From contig CANQYL010000002.1 in assembly GCA_947628035.1 (NCBI GenBank), positions 2,642 to 66,641 on the forward strand: 64,000 nucleotides of DNA, written 5' to 3'. Shown here piece after piece: positions 28,343 to 38,441 of the stretch (position 1 is its first letter; each line of letters opens with the position of its first letter). This DNA is from an uncultured Akkermansia sp. Its GTDB lineage: Bacteria; Verrucomicrobiota; Verrucomicrobiia; Verrucomicrobiales; Akkermansiaceae. The translations under genes were made by a program, and so were the position numbers. The notes below the pieces were generated by a model. It searched no databases. It saw only the letters and a program-made list of their open reading frames with translations, and was not told where the DNA came from.

Positions 28343-29332
28343 TCAGAAGCGCCATCCCACATCTAAACCGAGGGTGAACTGGAAATGATCCACCGGGGTA
28401 TAGCCGATGTTACGGGTAATTTTACGCGCATTGTTACCGGTCCATGCCAACTGAATCCACGGCTTAATCCTCGTGCGAGCGTCGCGTCCAAAGGTCCCGG
28501 CGTGAGAATAGGGCACAAGCGCTATCTTCAGACGGCAGGCATCCAGCCCCTCCACTCCCGTGCCCCAGTAGCTAAAAGACGGAGCGGCGCCGAACGATAT
28601 CTCCACATCCTCTCCCATCCGAGAAGACTTGACAACATCCGCAAATCGATAGCCGACCTCGAAATCCATGAAATAGCCCGTGAGTCCGTAAAAGCCAACA
28701 CCCATCTCGGCATGCCCGAAAAATCCCTTTTGGTAATCGTTGTAGGAGGCAGAGAGTACGATATCCTGTTCCCCGCGGTGTGATGAGTCATCGTGCCATT
28801 TGGCCATGTAGCCTTCCAGTCCGCCACGGCGAAAATTGTAGCCAAGTTCCACCGTAAAATTGGGGAGTACTTCCTTCCCTATCGCATAGCCGAGTTGGAA
28901 CTGCATCACGTCCCCCAACGGGCACGCAGCATCCCATATCACCCCCGCCAATCCGTGCACTCTCTGCTGGATTCCTTTGTTGAACATATTCCGGTTCGCC
29001 AGGATATGGGACAAATACAGGCTCGATGTACCATATTGACTTAGATCGTTGGTGACCCCCATCCCGCGCACCTGGTAATCTGATGCATACATAACCAAGT
29101 TAATATCAGTGCGGGGCGACGAGGATGCCTGCGATGATGGAGGCGTTACCGCCTCCATCGCATCGTAGCCGCCGGCGCCACTGTTGTCCCCCAGAAAATC
29201 GGCTGGTAATCCTGAGGAACCGCTCTGATAACTCACATCATCGTAGGTTATATCCCCCTCCGGGATGGTCGGCGGAGTCTCCACAGCCGCCGCAATCCCC
29301 ACACCCATGCAAAAGAAAGCTTTCTTCATCAT
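28343..29332 (-). CDS. Putative outer-membrane beta-barrel protein
   Basis: Signal peptide, alternating Gly/aromatic-rich strands and a terminal aromatic residue (GLDVGWRF). Confidence 0.55.
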   Translation of the reverse strand: MMKKAFFCMGVGIAAAVETPPTIPEGDITYDDVSYQSGSSGLPADFLGDNSGAGGYDAMEAVTPPSSQASSSPRTDINLVMYASDYQVRGMGVTNDLSQYGTSSLYLSHILANRNMFNKGIQQRVHGLAGVIWDAACPLGDVMQFQLGYAIGKEVLPNFTVELGYNFRRGGLEGYMAKWHDDSSHRGEQDIVLSASYNDYQKGFFGHAEMGVGFYGLTGYFMDFEVGYRFADVVKSSRMGEDVEISFGAAPSFSYWGTGVEGLDACRLKIALVPYSHAGTFGRDARTRIKPWIQLAWTGNNARKITRNIGYTPVDHFQFTLGLDVGWRF

Positions 29333-29689
29333 ACTTGCACCAGTATATACCTACTCTCTCCCCATTGCAAGCCTATACCACCATAGAAAGCCATATTTTG
29401 CAAATATCACCGCAACTTCTTGTGGTAGTCGACGATTGGTGTCCCCGTCCGGGTACATCGAAATTTGTTTATTTTTCCTTGGTAATGTCGCAAATTTCAC
29501 TTGTCTCCCGTCTAACTATGTGTATCATATTTGCGCAGCGGGGCTCTGCTCCGTGCGGGCGAGAGGAGTCGAGTGTACACCTTGACGCGCACATTTCCCC
29601 GCTCACAAAAACGTCAAACAGGAGTACGCGGAAAGGTCAGGTATCATGTAAAGGAGCCGCCCGCGTGCCTCACATCAAGCCACAACATT

Positions 29690-30436
29690 ATGTCAGAACA
29701 CCATACACAGGGTCGGCAGGGACAAGGCGCTCGCCGACGTCGTCATTACCATTCCAATCGCAATTACCGCCATCGTATGCCGCGACCGAAAGAGACCAAG
29801 ACTTCTTTGTTCAAGCGCGTCCTGTCATTCTTCGGCATTGGAGGGAAGAGCAAGACAGACAAGGAAGATAGTAAAAAAAATCTCTCCGGAGGGACCAAGA
29901 GCAACCAGACTCAAAAGGTTCGCGTAGCGCAGCCCCGCTCTTCCAGAGGAGGCAATCCGGCAGCAGCTGCCAGACCTCGCCGCAAGCCCGTTTCCGTACC
30001 GCCCACCGATCAAGCTCGTCTCTATGTTGGAAATCTCTCGTTTGAGACCACAGAGGCCGAACTGGAGGACCTCTTCAAGGGCTTTGGTCACGTGCGCAGC
30101 GTCGAAATAATCTACAACTCCCGTACCTACCGCAGCAAAGGATACGCCTTTGTGGAAATGGAGCAGCTCGGTGATGCCGTGCGTGCGGCGGAGCAACTGC
30201 ACGGTCAACCCTTCATGGGGCGTGAGCTCCGTGTGAGTGCGGCCAACGAGAAGGTTGACTACCACGACGATGACGAGAGTAAGACCTTCCGCTCCCCAAC
30301 CAATCCCCATTCGGAGACGCCGACTGCCTCTCAACCTGAAGAAGACGGCGAAGAAACTCTCACATTCGGAGAAGAGGTGGTTGTGCCTCTCGGTCAAGCT
30401 ACCGAGTCCACGGATTCCGCCGAATCTCACGAGTAA
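29690..30436 (+). CDS. RRM-type RNA-binding protein with a long basic N-terminal tail and an acidic C-terminal tail
   Basis: RNP2 LYVGNLSF and RNP1 KGYAFVEM. The ATG at 29690 is the first plausible start. Confidence 0.8.
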   Translation: MSEHHTQGRQGQGARRRRHYHSNRNYRHRMPRPKETKTSLFKRVLSFFGIGGKSKTDKEDSKKNLSGGTKSNQTQKVRVAQPRSSRGGNPAAAARPRRKPVSVPPTDQARLYVGNLSFETTEAELEDLFKGFGHVRSVEIIYNSRTYRSKGYAFVEMEQLGDAVRAAEQLHGQPFMGRELRVSAANEKVDYHDDDESKTFRSPTNPHSETPTASQPEEDGEETLTFGEEVVVPLGQATESTDSAESHE

Positions 30437-30525
30437 GTCGTCGTATTCCGTACGTCAGGGAGAGACACAACATCACCTCTCCACTCTATTTTTCAACGGC
30501 TCCTGGCAGCATCTCCCTTATCTCC

Positions 30526-31269
30526 ATGAGCATCTCTTCCCAGTTGGATGAAATACGCCGACGCATCTCCGACGCTGAAAAGCGCTCCGGGAGGACGCCC
30601 GGAAGTGTGCGATTGCTGGCGGTGAGCAAGACGTTCCCTGCCTCCGATGTGGTACAGGCATACGAAGCAGGACAACGCTTCTTTGGCGAAAATCGTCTCC
30701 AAGAAGCCTTAGAAAAAATTCCCCTTCTGCCGCCGGACTGCAGATGGCATCTCATCGGCCCCCTGCAACGCAACAAGATCCGCAAAGCTTTAGAGGCAGG
30801 CATTGACCTCATCCAAGCTGTAGATAGTCTGCGCACGGCTGAAGCTATCTCTCGAATCGCGGGCGAACTCCACCAATCTGCCGCCATTCTTCTGGAAGTC
30901 AATGTTGACGCGGAAGAGAGCAAACACGGTTTTTCCCCTCAAGAGCTGCGCAACCAATGGGAAAGCCTCGTTGCTCTTCCCCACCTCAAAATTTCCGGGC
31001 TCATGTGCATTCCCGCCCCTGTGGAAGACCCTCAGCAGGCCCGTCGCTCCTTCGCAACTCTCAGGGAACTCGCCCTTGAGCTACGAAAGCGCGGTCCATT
31101 TCCCTTGGATACTCTCTCCATGGGGATGAGCCATGACTTTGAGGTAGCCATTGAAGAGGGATCCACTCTCGTGCGCATCGGTTCGGCTATCTTCGGTTCC
31201 AGACCCTCTCCTCATGCCGAGCCGGAGACGCCCACCGGACAGAACGACCACCATGGACGAGGACTTTAA
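30526..31269 (+). CDS. yggS: PLP-binding homeostasis protein, YggS family
   Basis: LLAVSKTFP (PLP Lys), HLIGPLQRNK, GLMCIP, LSMGMSHD and VRIGSAIFG. Confidence 0.9.
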   Translation: MSISSQLDEIRRRISDAEKRSGRTPGSVRLLAVSKTFPASDVVQAYEAGQRFFGENRLQEALEKIPLLPPDCRWHLIGPLQRNKIRKALEAGIDLIQAVDSLRTAEAISRIAGELHQSAAILLEVNVDAEESKHGFSPQELRNQWESLVALPHLKISGLMCIPAPVEDPQQARRSFATLRELALELRKRGPFPLDTLSMGMSHDFEVAIEEGSTLVRIGSAIFGSRPSPHAEPETPTGQNDHHGRGL

Positions 31270-31573
31270 TGAATTCAACAGCTGGGACTGCGGCGGCGCA
31301 GCCTGTATGCTGGCTGCTGTCCCGGCGGTGTTCTATTTTGTGTTTGGCGGACATGATTACGTGGGAGCAGCCATGCTGGCAGGCGGGGCACTCGGCGTCG
31401 GTCTTTTCGTGTTCATTGTAGCGCACCTCGCGGGCAGTCGCATCGTGGGACGACTTCTCCAAATCATCGGCATCCTTCTCTGCATCGCCTACTGGGCATA
31501 CGCTATCCACGTATGGAGCGAGAATGACAAATTCTCCCCACCCTCTCCTCCATCTGCCCCGGCAGCAAACTGA
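31253..31573 (+). CDS. Hypothetical small membrane protein
   Basis: Three hydrophobic helices. The start overlaps the yggS end by 17 nt. Confidence 0.45.
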   Translation: MDEDFNEFNSWDCGGAACMLAAVPAVFYFVFGGHDYVGAAMLAGGALGVGLFVFIVAHLAGSRIVGRLLQIIGILLCIAYWAYAIHVWSENDKFSPPSPPSAPAAN

Positions 31574-31714
31574 GGCGATCGTTTCCTCCACCCATCCCTC
31601 GCGCGCACGAACCAACGCGCCTCTTCTGTCAATCTATCTCGACGTGTAGCAGAGGAACTTCAAGAGGTTTGTGCTTGTCACTCCCTCCCGACTCCGAAGG
31701 AAGAATACATTCCT

Positions 31715-33307
31715 TCACTGCGTCCTCCTGAGTCGGTGGATGGAACGTCGCCGCAAAACATCATTCGCCGCACCCACTGACTTGCGGTCCAAGTATATCT
31801 CATAAGGCGGATGATTGATCGATATTTTGGTGATGCCATCAGGTGTCGGTTCATCCAACAACTCAGCCAACTGGGCAAAACTCTGCACCGCTTTGTCGTT
31901 CACTTTTTCCACCACGCAAAATCCTAATGAATCATAGCCAAGCGTAGCGGGGGTGGGGATGACGAGCGTAAGCGCCACCACTTCGCGGCGTCCCTCCTTG
32001 ATAATCTCCTTCACCTTTTCTTTCACCTTAAGGAAGGGGAGCGGCAGTCCTCCGTTCCCTTCGCCGCGCAATTCGTCCAAATAGTTTTCCGTGAGAGGTT
32101 GGAACAGGAGACCACCCCACATGATGTAGCGCGGAGCTTTATTGGTCCGCTCCTCAGGTATCGGTGATTTCTCCATATTGTCGCGATTCAGATCCACCGT
32201 AATTTCCTGATATTCCCCATTTCGGCTGATTCCCATCCGCAACTTCTCCCCAAGCGGCTTCAGACTGCGTATCACACCGGGAACCTCCAATAGTCCATAT
32301 ATCGGGTGCTGGCAGCGTCCATGGTTGTCTAAAGGCATCCCCTCCACAGATACCAACACATCCCCATCACGTATCCCGGCAGCCTCTGCCGCACTCAGCG
32401 GCGCCACCTTGCTCACATACAACCCTCCCTGCCGCGGCTCCAGTTTCAGGTAGCGATTGAACACGGGATCGTCTAAATCTGCGAAAGCAAGTCCCAGAGA
32501 GGGGATTCCGGCGTGCTCTGCATCTTCCACGAGAAAGCGGCGAATGAGTTCAGCGTTGATGCACATTACAGCCTGATCCTCGCGGTTACAATCCATCACA
32601 AGTCCCACCAGCTTGTCCCCATGGAGGAGAGGAAGTCCGGCATCGACATCTTTCGGCAGAGGTGTCCCTGAACGCATCGTGTAGATCGGCACCAAGGAGC
32701 TTTCTGCGCTTTCCACCTTCATGGGAGTGGCAAACGGGATGAGGCCATCGGTTAAAGAACGCAGCATGGCAACGGAACCTAAGCGCATCGGCTCTCCTAT
32801 TTCAAGAGCAGGCAGCGAGTTGAAGATATCGGCATCTTTTTCATGCTGCACAGTGAGCAGCGCTAAGTTGAGATCCTCATCAAACTTCACCACTTTGGCC
32901 GGCACCGTACGCGACTGATCCGGCAAACTAAGTTCCACATAAATGGTATCCTGAGCCACCTCCCCTACCGTGAGCACCTGCCCATTCCCGATGTACACCC
33001 CACTGCACACCTCGGTCTCCGTATCTTGCTTCTCCCACGGACGAATGTAATTGTACGCCTGTCGGGTGCTTCTCACATTCAACAGACCCACTTTAACATG
33101 CTCGGCTTTCTCAAGCTCGGTGGTGCCTCCTTTGACAGAAGAGGGAGCTTCGTCAGAGACTTGACGATCGGATGCCGTCGTTTCTTCCGTCTGCTGAGTC
33201 TTCTGTCGCTCTTCCAAGGCGGTTCGCGGCGTCGGTTTACATGAGCAAACCGCGAAAGCCGCCACAACCGGCAGAAGAATGAAATGAATCTTGTCGTTCT
33301 GAAACAT
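31715..33307 (-). CDS. DegP-like PDZ protein, predicted catalytically inactive paralogue of the adjacent protease
   Basis: It aligns with the 33332-35056 product, but TNAHV is replaced by TVGEV and GNSGGP by DAGLP. The C-terminal halves are shared (PRYIMWGGLLFQPL versus PRYVHFAGLIFQPL). Confidence 0.7.
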   Translation of the reverse strand: MFQNDKIHFILLPVVAAFAVCSCKPTPRTALEERQKTQQTEETTASDRQVSDEAPSSVKGGTTELEKAEHVKVGLLNVRSTRQAYNYIRPWEKQDTETEVCSGVYIGNGQVLTVGEVAQDTIYVELSLPDQSRTVPAKVVKFDEDLNLALLTVQHEKDADIFNSLPALEIGEPMRLGSVAMLRSLTDGLIPFATPMKVESAESSLVPIYTMRSGTPLPKDVDAGLPLLHGDKLVGLVMDCNREDQAVMCINAELIRRFLVEDAEHAGIPSLGLAFADLDDPVFNRYLKLEPRQGGLYVSKVAPLSAAEAAGIRDGDVLVSVEGMPLDNHGRCQHPIYGLLEVPGVIRSLKPLGEKLRMGISRNGEYQEITVDLNRDNMEKSPIPEERTNKAPRYIMWGGLLFQPLTENYLDELRGEGNGGLPLPFLKVKEKVKEIIKEGRREVVALTLVIPTPATLGYDSLGFCVVEKVNDKAVQSFAQLAELLDEPTPDGITKISINHPPYEIYLDRKSVGAANDVLRRRSIHRLRRTQ

Positions 33308-33331
33308 AACGGGGATGGTGTTCGCGTAGGG

Positions 33332-35056
33332 TTATTTGAGGCGGGCGGGTTCCGGAATGTTGTAGCCCGCCACGATACGAGCATGAGCCGCCTTCAGCGC
33401 CGCAGTTTCCACCACAAAGGGACGAGCGGCATCCTTGAGTTCGATGACAACATACTCGGGTCTCTGTTCTTCATCCTTGGGATAGAGCAGGCTGTATAGA
33501 TGGCTCAATCCCTTCACTTCCTGCCCGTTTACTTTTTTCACGATGCGTGACCCATAATGTGAAAATCGCGCATTGACCTCGTCCGGTAACACCTCTGTGA
33601 GCATCACGATGTCCTCCTTTTTCATCGAACCTCCTCCGCGGATGAAATCTTCCATCTCCGTGACGAGTCCGGCGGCGTTGAGGTGATTGGCCGCGATGAC
33701 ATTGCGTTGGAGGGGCTGGAAGATGAGACCTGCAAAATGCACGTAGCGCGGAAGTCGATCGTACTCAGTGGCGGTGATATCCAACGCAGGAAACGGCTGG
33801 AGTTCCACCTGCACCTCCTTGCGTTCACCTCCGCGCAGGATCGAAAAGGTGAGCACATCGCCCCGGAAAGAACGTTCCGCTATCTCTTCCAATTTGACTC
33901 GCTCCCCGTCCAGTTCGATCATAGCAGACCCATCCACAGCATGACCGTTCACGGCCAACACGACATCTCCGACCTTCAGTTTGCCGTCGCAACTGCTGCC
34001 GCGGACTATGTCCCCGACAAGCGCCCCCAGACCATCTTCCTTCAGTCCAAGGCGGCGGCGCATGGCCGGATTTTCGGTCGAATAAAAACTAGCTCCTATC
34101 TCCACGTAGCGGTCATAGCGTCCATCTTTGACGTCCTGCAAAAAACGATTGATCACCGGCAGAGGTATCATGTACCCCGTGGAATTGGCCATGCGCAATC
34201 CCTGAAAGGCAACTCCGACCACCTTGTCCCCCTGCAGCACGGGACCACCGCTGTTGCCGGGATTGATCGCGGCATCTATCTGCACAATGAGGTGCGAATC
34301 ATTTTGCGAATGTGCATACGGGATGGTATCTATACGGGAAACAATGCCGCGCGTCACGGAAAGACGATTCCCTCCGATGGGGTAACCGATTGCACGCACC
34401 TCGTCTTCCAGCCGTGGCATGTGATCGCTGAACTGAAGGTAGGGCACATCCTTGAAAGCACTCTTATCCTCGACCTCCACGAGAGCCAAATCCGCATCAT
34501 GTGCCACGTACTTCACGCGTGCCGGTATTTTCTGCGCGCCGGTGTACGGGGATACGTAGAGTCTCTCGGCATTCGCCACCACGTGCGCATTGGTCATGAA
34601 TACTCCCGGCTCTACCATAAATCCCGTCCCGTTTCCCTGTCCGAATCTTCCCGCTCTCCACGGTATCTCATAATCCGGCATCCGATTCGCCACCTCTATC
34701 TTCACAATGCCACGGTACGCATCCGTCACGTCCTTCTTCACCTGCTCGGTCGAAGCTTCTTCCTCCTCGACTACCATCTCCGGCTCGACCGTCGGTTGTG
34801 CCGCCTCCTCATTCGTGTGGTCCACAGAAGCGTCCTCCTCCGTGCTCTCCTTCTGGGTCGCTGGTTCGTCTTTTTCTTTCTCCTCGGCAGGTTGTTCGTC
34901 TTTCGCCTCCTCTGTTCCCTCAGGTTCCGCAGGGGAAACTTCCGCCTCCTGCTGTTCCGGAGTACTGACTTGTTGGGGTACAGTGACACCCCCCCCCTCC
35001 GCCAGCGCACAAGAGGCTCCTGCGACAGCCGTTATAATAAACAATTGTAACTTCAC
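33332..35056 (-). CDS. Trypsin-like serine protease with PDZ domains (S1C / Deg family)
   Basis: Catalytic triad context TNAHV, DADLALV and GNSGGPV. Signal peptide and an acidic low-complexity N-terminal region. Confidence 0.85.
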   Translation of the reverse strand: MKLQLFIITAVAGASCALAEGGGVTVPQQVSTPEQQEAEVSPAEPEGTEEAKDEQPAEEKEKDEPATQKESTEEDASVDHTNEEAAQPTVEPEMVVEEEEASTEQVKKDVTDAYRGIVKIEVANRMPDYEIPWRAGRFGQGNGTGFMVEPGVFMTNAHVVANAERLYVSPYTGAQKIPARVKYVAHDADLALVEVEDKSAFKDVPYLQFSDHMPRLEDEVRAIGYPIGGNRLSVTRGIVSRIDTIPYAHSQNDSHLIVQIDAAINPGNSGGPVLQGDKVVGVAFQGLRMANSTGYMIPLPVINRFLQDVKDGRYDRYVEIGASFYSTENPAMRRRLGLKEDGLGALVGDIVRGSSCDGKLKVGDVVLAVNGHAVDGSAMIELDGERVKLEEIAERSFRGDVLTFSILRGGERKEVQVELQPFPALDITATEYDRLPRYVHFAGLIFQPLQRNVIAANHLNAAGLVTEMEDFIRGGGSMKKEDIVMLTEVLPDEVNARFSHYGSRIVKKVNGQEVKGLSHLYSLLYPKDEEQRPEYVVIELKDAARPFVVETAALKAAHARIVAGYNIPEPARLK

Positions 35057-35127
35057 ACCCTCATTGTCAACCTAGCCTCTTATCAAGTCAAGTCCAAATC
35101 CATGCATATCAAGGGAACGCATCCTGC

Positions 35128-37245
35128 TCAGACTATTCCGGCTCGTATGAGCATGGCCGCCGGATCAGGGTCCCGTCCCATAAAGTCTCGGAAGAGCTTT
35201 GCGGGAGGTTCGCTGTTGCCGCGAGAAAGGATGAAGCGGCGAAATTCCCGCCCCGTCTTCTTGTTGAAAATTCCCTCCCGCTTAAAACGAGTGAAAGCAT
35301 CCGCCTCCAACATCTCCGCCCATTTGTACGAGTAATAACCGGCCTCGTATCCTCCGTCGAATATATGGGTGAAGGCACGCAGCATCGTCCTCCCCGTCCG
35401 TACACCCGGCACCCGGTAATCGCGCAGGATTTCGGCATCAACCTCCTCAATGTCGCGCTCCCGTACGTTCTCCGTGTGCACGTGCAACTCGAGGTCGAGC
35501 TTACCGAAGCTGAGCTGACGCATGAAAGCAGTAGCGCTCCCGTCATTGCGCGCTGCGAGCATCTTTTCCAGGATGTCCTTCGGAAGTGGGGCTCCTGTCT
35601 GCCAATGCCTCGTGATGCGATCCAGCACCTCCTTCTCCCACGCCCAATTCTCATTGATCTGACTCGGCAACTCCACAAAGTCCCACGCCACATTGCAACC
35701 GGCTAAGCCACGCACTACCACCTCGCTGAGCGATTGGTGCAGCAGGTGCCCAAACTCGTGGAAGATGGTCAGCACTTCCTCGTGGTTCAGCAGACTCGGT
35801 TTCTCTCCCGCAGGTCTCGCCAGGTTGCCGCACATGAGAGCCAAATGCGGTCGCCGAGGCTCACTCCCATGCCCGGGGCACCCGCACGTGAGGCACTCCA
35901 TCCACGCCCCGGCTCGCTTGTTCTCTCGCGGGTACCAATCCGCATAAAAGGCAGCCAGTTGTTCATCGCTTTCTCCATCGCGTATTTCGAAGTAAAGCAC
36001 CTCCGGATACCACACCTCCACCTTTCCCTCTTGCACTGCCTCCCCTGACTTGCGGCAATACGTTTCCCGCTGTGTGATGCGGATACCATAGAGTTCCTCA
36101 TAGATGGAGAACATACTGCGCAGCACGTGATCCATCGGAAAATAAGGACGCACTTCCTCCGAATTAAAATCATATTTCTCCTGCCGACGCCTCTCCGCCC
36201 AATACCCCACATTCCACGGTTCAAGAACCTCAATTTTGCGTCCTTCCTTCCTCTCCGCGTAACGCCGTATCTCGTCCTGTTCACGCAGGAAAGCTCCCTC
36301 CACCCGGTCATGCAGGTCATCAATAAAATCCAACGCATGCCGTCCACTGCCAACCATACGACGCGCCGTCGTGTAATCTGCATAATTGGCAAATCCCAAC
36401 AACTTTGCCTTTTCATCGCGCAGCGTCAGTATCTCATGGATCAGTTCCTGCGTGTCGTATTTCCCCGCTCCGCGCGTCTGCAGTCCCTCCCACACTCGTT
36501 TGCGCAGCTCTTCGTTGTGTGCGTAGGTTAGAACCGGGCGGCATGAAGTAAACTGCAAACTGAAGCGCCACGCAGGCTTTTCCTCGCTGCCGTATCCATG
36601 CTCCGTGGCATCTTGCCTCGCCGCCGCAAGCGCGGATTCCGGCAACCCTTGCACCTCCTGTTCATCCTCGGTAACGTACTCCCAGGCATTCGTCGAATCC
36701 AGCACACGCTCACCGAACTCACGGCTACACTGCGCCAGCCGCTTTGCCACGGCGCTCAGTCTCTCTTTGCTTGCCTCATCCAATCCTGCTCCATTCTCCT
36801 CAAACAATGCCATCGTCTCCTCCACATACCTCTTCCGCTCCGTCGAAAGCTCCTGCACCCACTCCCGACCGGAGGCTTCCTTCAGCACAGAGTACAGCCT
36901 TTCATTGAGCGGCAGTTGCACGCCGAACTCCACCACCTGCGGCATCAACTCACTCACCACATCCCGGATCTCCTCACTATCCGCTACACTGCTCAGATGC
37001 AGCAACCGTTGCCATCCCCTCGACAACGCCGCGTCACATTCATCCAGCGCGCCAAATGTATTCTCATAACTCGGCTCTCTCACCTCGCATATCCTTTCCA
37101 CCGCCCTCTGCGCTTCACCTATCGCCTCAGGTATCTCCTCCCGAGCCCTTTCCGGCGTCAATTCCGACCACTTCACTTCCTGCGTCTCCTCCGTAAAAAC
37201 ACGCTCTCTCTTCATGCTCCCCATTCTATCACTCCTGTCAAGCAA
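35128..37245 (-). CDS. M3 family oligopeptidase (oligopeptidase A / Dcp-like)
   Basis: FHEFGHLLH zinc motif and ~700 aa length. The start may be at 37224 or 37215. Confidence 0.88.
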   Translation of the reverse strand: MLDRSDRMGSMKRERVFTEETQEVKWSELTPERAREEIPEAIGEAQRAVERICEVREPSYENTFGALDECDAALSRGWQRLLHLSSVADSEEIRDVVSELMPQVVEFGVQLPLNERLYSVLKEASGREWVQELSTERKRYVEETMALFEENGAGLDEASKERLSAVAKRLAQCSREFGERVLDSTNAWEYVTEDEQEVQGLPESALAAARQDATEHGYGSEEKPAWRFSLQFTSCRPVLTYAHNEELRKRVWEGLQTRGAGKYDTQELIHEILTLRDEKAKLLGFANYADYTTARRMVGSGRHALDFIDDLHDRVEGAFLREQDEIRRYAERKEGRKIEVLEPWNVGYWAERRRQEKYDFNSEEVRPYFPMDHVLRSMFSIYEELYGIRITQRETYCRKSGEAVQEGKVEVWYPEVLYFEIRDGESDEQLAAFYADWYPRENKRAGAWMECLTCGCPGHGSEPRRPHLALMCGNLARPAGEKPSLLNHEEVLTIFHEFGHLLHQSLSEVVVRGLAGCNVAWDFVELPSQINENWAWEKEVLDRITRHWQTGAPLPKDILEKMLAARNDGSATAFMRQLSFGKLDLELHVHTENVRERDIEEVDAEILRDYRVPGVRTGRTMLRAFTHIFDGGYEAGYYSYKWAEMLEADAFTRFKREGIFNKKTGREFRRFILSRGNSEPPAKLFRDFMGRDPDPAAMLIRAGIV

Positions 37246-37269
37246 CCCCGGGTGCCCTGTCGGTCACCC

Positions 37270-37498
37270 CAGGGCAAACGCATTTGAGAGAAGTGCATCA
37301 ACAGTGAGAATGCTCTTATTGATTGATATCACCGTTGATGCCTATCAAAAATCATGACAACAAGCGTTCATCATGATGACGGAGCTCAAGAAGCCTTCTC
37401 GTTTGCCAAATTCGCGGCGTAGCCGCCGAACTCCCATATCGTAAATCGTAATTCGTATATCGTAAATGGCAAACGCATTTTCTAATGCGGTTGCCCTG
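37270..37498 (+). repeat. MITE-like element, copy 4 (subfamily B)
   Basis: CAGGGCAAACGCATTTGAGAGA on the left and hairpin GGCAAACGCATTTTCTAATGCGGTTGCCCTG on the right. Confidence 0.85.
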
Positions 37499-37504
37499 GG
37501 TTGC

Positions 37505-37533
37505 TTGACAGGGCAGGGAGACTGTGGTACATA
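37505..37533 (+). promoter_or_regulatory. Promoter (TTGACA-N17-TACATA with TGg extended -10)
   Basis: TTGACA at 37505-37510, 7 nt after the end of MITE copy 4. Confidence 0.5.
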
Positions 37534-37562
37534 GGGAAAGTGAGACGCAAGGCGTTTTGATT

Positions 37563-38441
37563 ATGTATTACTATCTGGACGACAGCAGGAAACCGCAAGG
37601 TCCGTTTTCCAAAGAACAACTCGTGCGCATGGTCGAGAGCGGAGAACTCCTTCCCAGCACCCTTATCGCCAAGAGGGGCTCTGAAGAGTGGTTACCCATC
37701 AGCAAGGTGATCTCAGAGTGCGGAGAACTGCCTCCTGTACCGGAGGAAAAGGAAGCACCGAAGGAAGCAGCGGGGGCGTGCCCCTACTGTTCGGCAGAAG
37801 TGTATTTGCGCAACGATGGGAGTTTGCCGATACGTTGTGCTAAGTGCAACCGCTCGCTGAGACCGAGCGACGGAAGTATTATCGCGACGCTGGCTCACAG
37901 TTGGACCCATGTTTTTACTCTGAAAGGGCGCGCCACTCGGCAGGAATTTTGGTTGTTTGTTCTATCATGCTTTGTGGCAACAGCGGTCATTGGATCGCTG
38001 TTTGGAGAACCCGTAGAGGAAATCCCCCTGATTTTCTACCTACTTGGCTTGTCCCTGTGCGTGCGGCGTCTGCACGACACCGGTAGCAGCGGCTACCCTA
38101 TTCTCTGGATGCTGATAACTTGTATTCTCTCCATCGTATTCGGCACGCTCGGAGCAGCCTCCATCATTTTAACGATCATCGAAGGATTCAAGGAAGCCAG
38201 CCCCGCTCAGAATATGCCCGCGCTTCTCGGCGCGACAACTTTCGGATGGACAGTGATCGTCTCCTGCATCCTGCTTCTTGTGTCCACGATCCTTTACCTG
38301 TATGTGTTGATACGCGCCGGGTTTATCGATTCAGAAAGGGGGCCGAATCGGTACGGGCCTTCCGCAAAATACCCACTCCCTGACAAGGCAAAACAAGAAG
38401 CTGCGGGAACAGGAGAGAAGCTGCATCGTGATGGCGAGTGA
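37563..38441 (+). CDS. GYF_2 domain / zinc-ribbon / DUF805 membrane protein
   Basis: N-terminal YYYLDDSRKPQGPFSKEQL...EWLPISKV (GYF-like), CPYC...CAKC ribbon, and DUF805 signature GRATRQEFW...VRRLHDTG. Confidence 0.75.
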   Translation: MYYYLDDSRKPQGPFSKEQLVRMVESGELLPSTLIAKRGSEEWLPISKVISECGELPPVPEEKEAPKEAAGACPYCSAEVYLRNDGSLPIRCAKCNRSLRPSDGSIIATLAHSWTHVFTLKGRATRQEFWLFVLSCFVATAVIGSLFGEPVEEIPLIFYLLGLSLCVRRLHDTGSSGYPILWMLITCILSIVFGTLGAASIILTIIEGFKEASPAQNMPALLGATTFGWTVIVSCILLLVSTILYLYVLIRAGFIDSERGPNRYGPSAKYPLPDKAKQEAAGTGEKLHRDGE

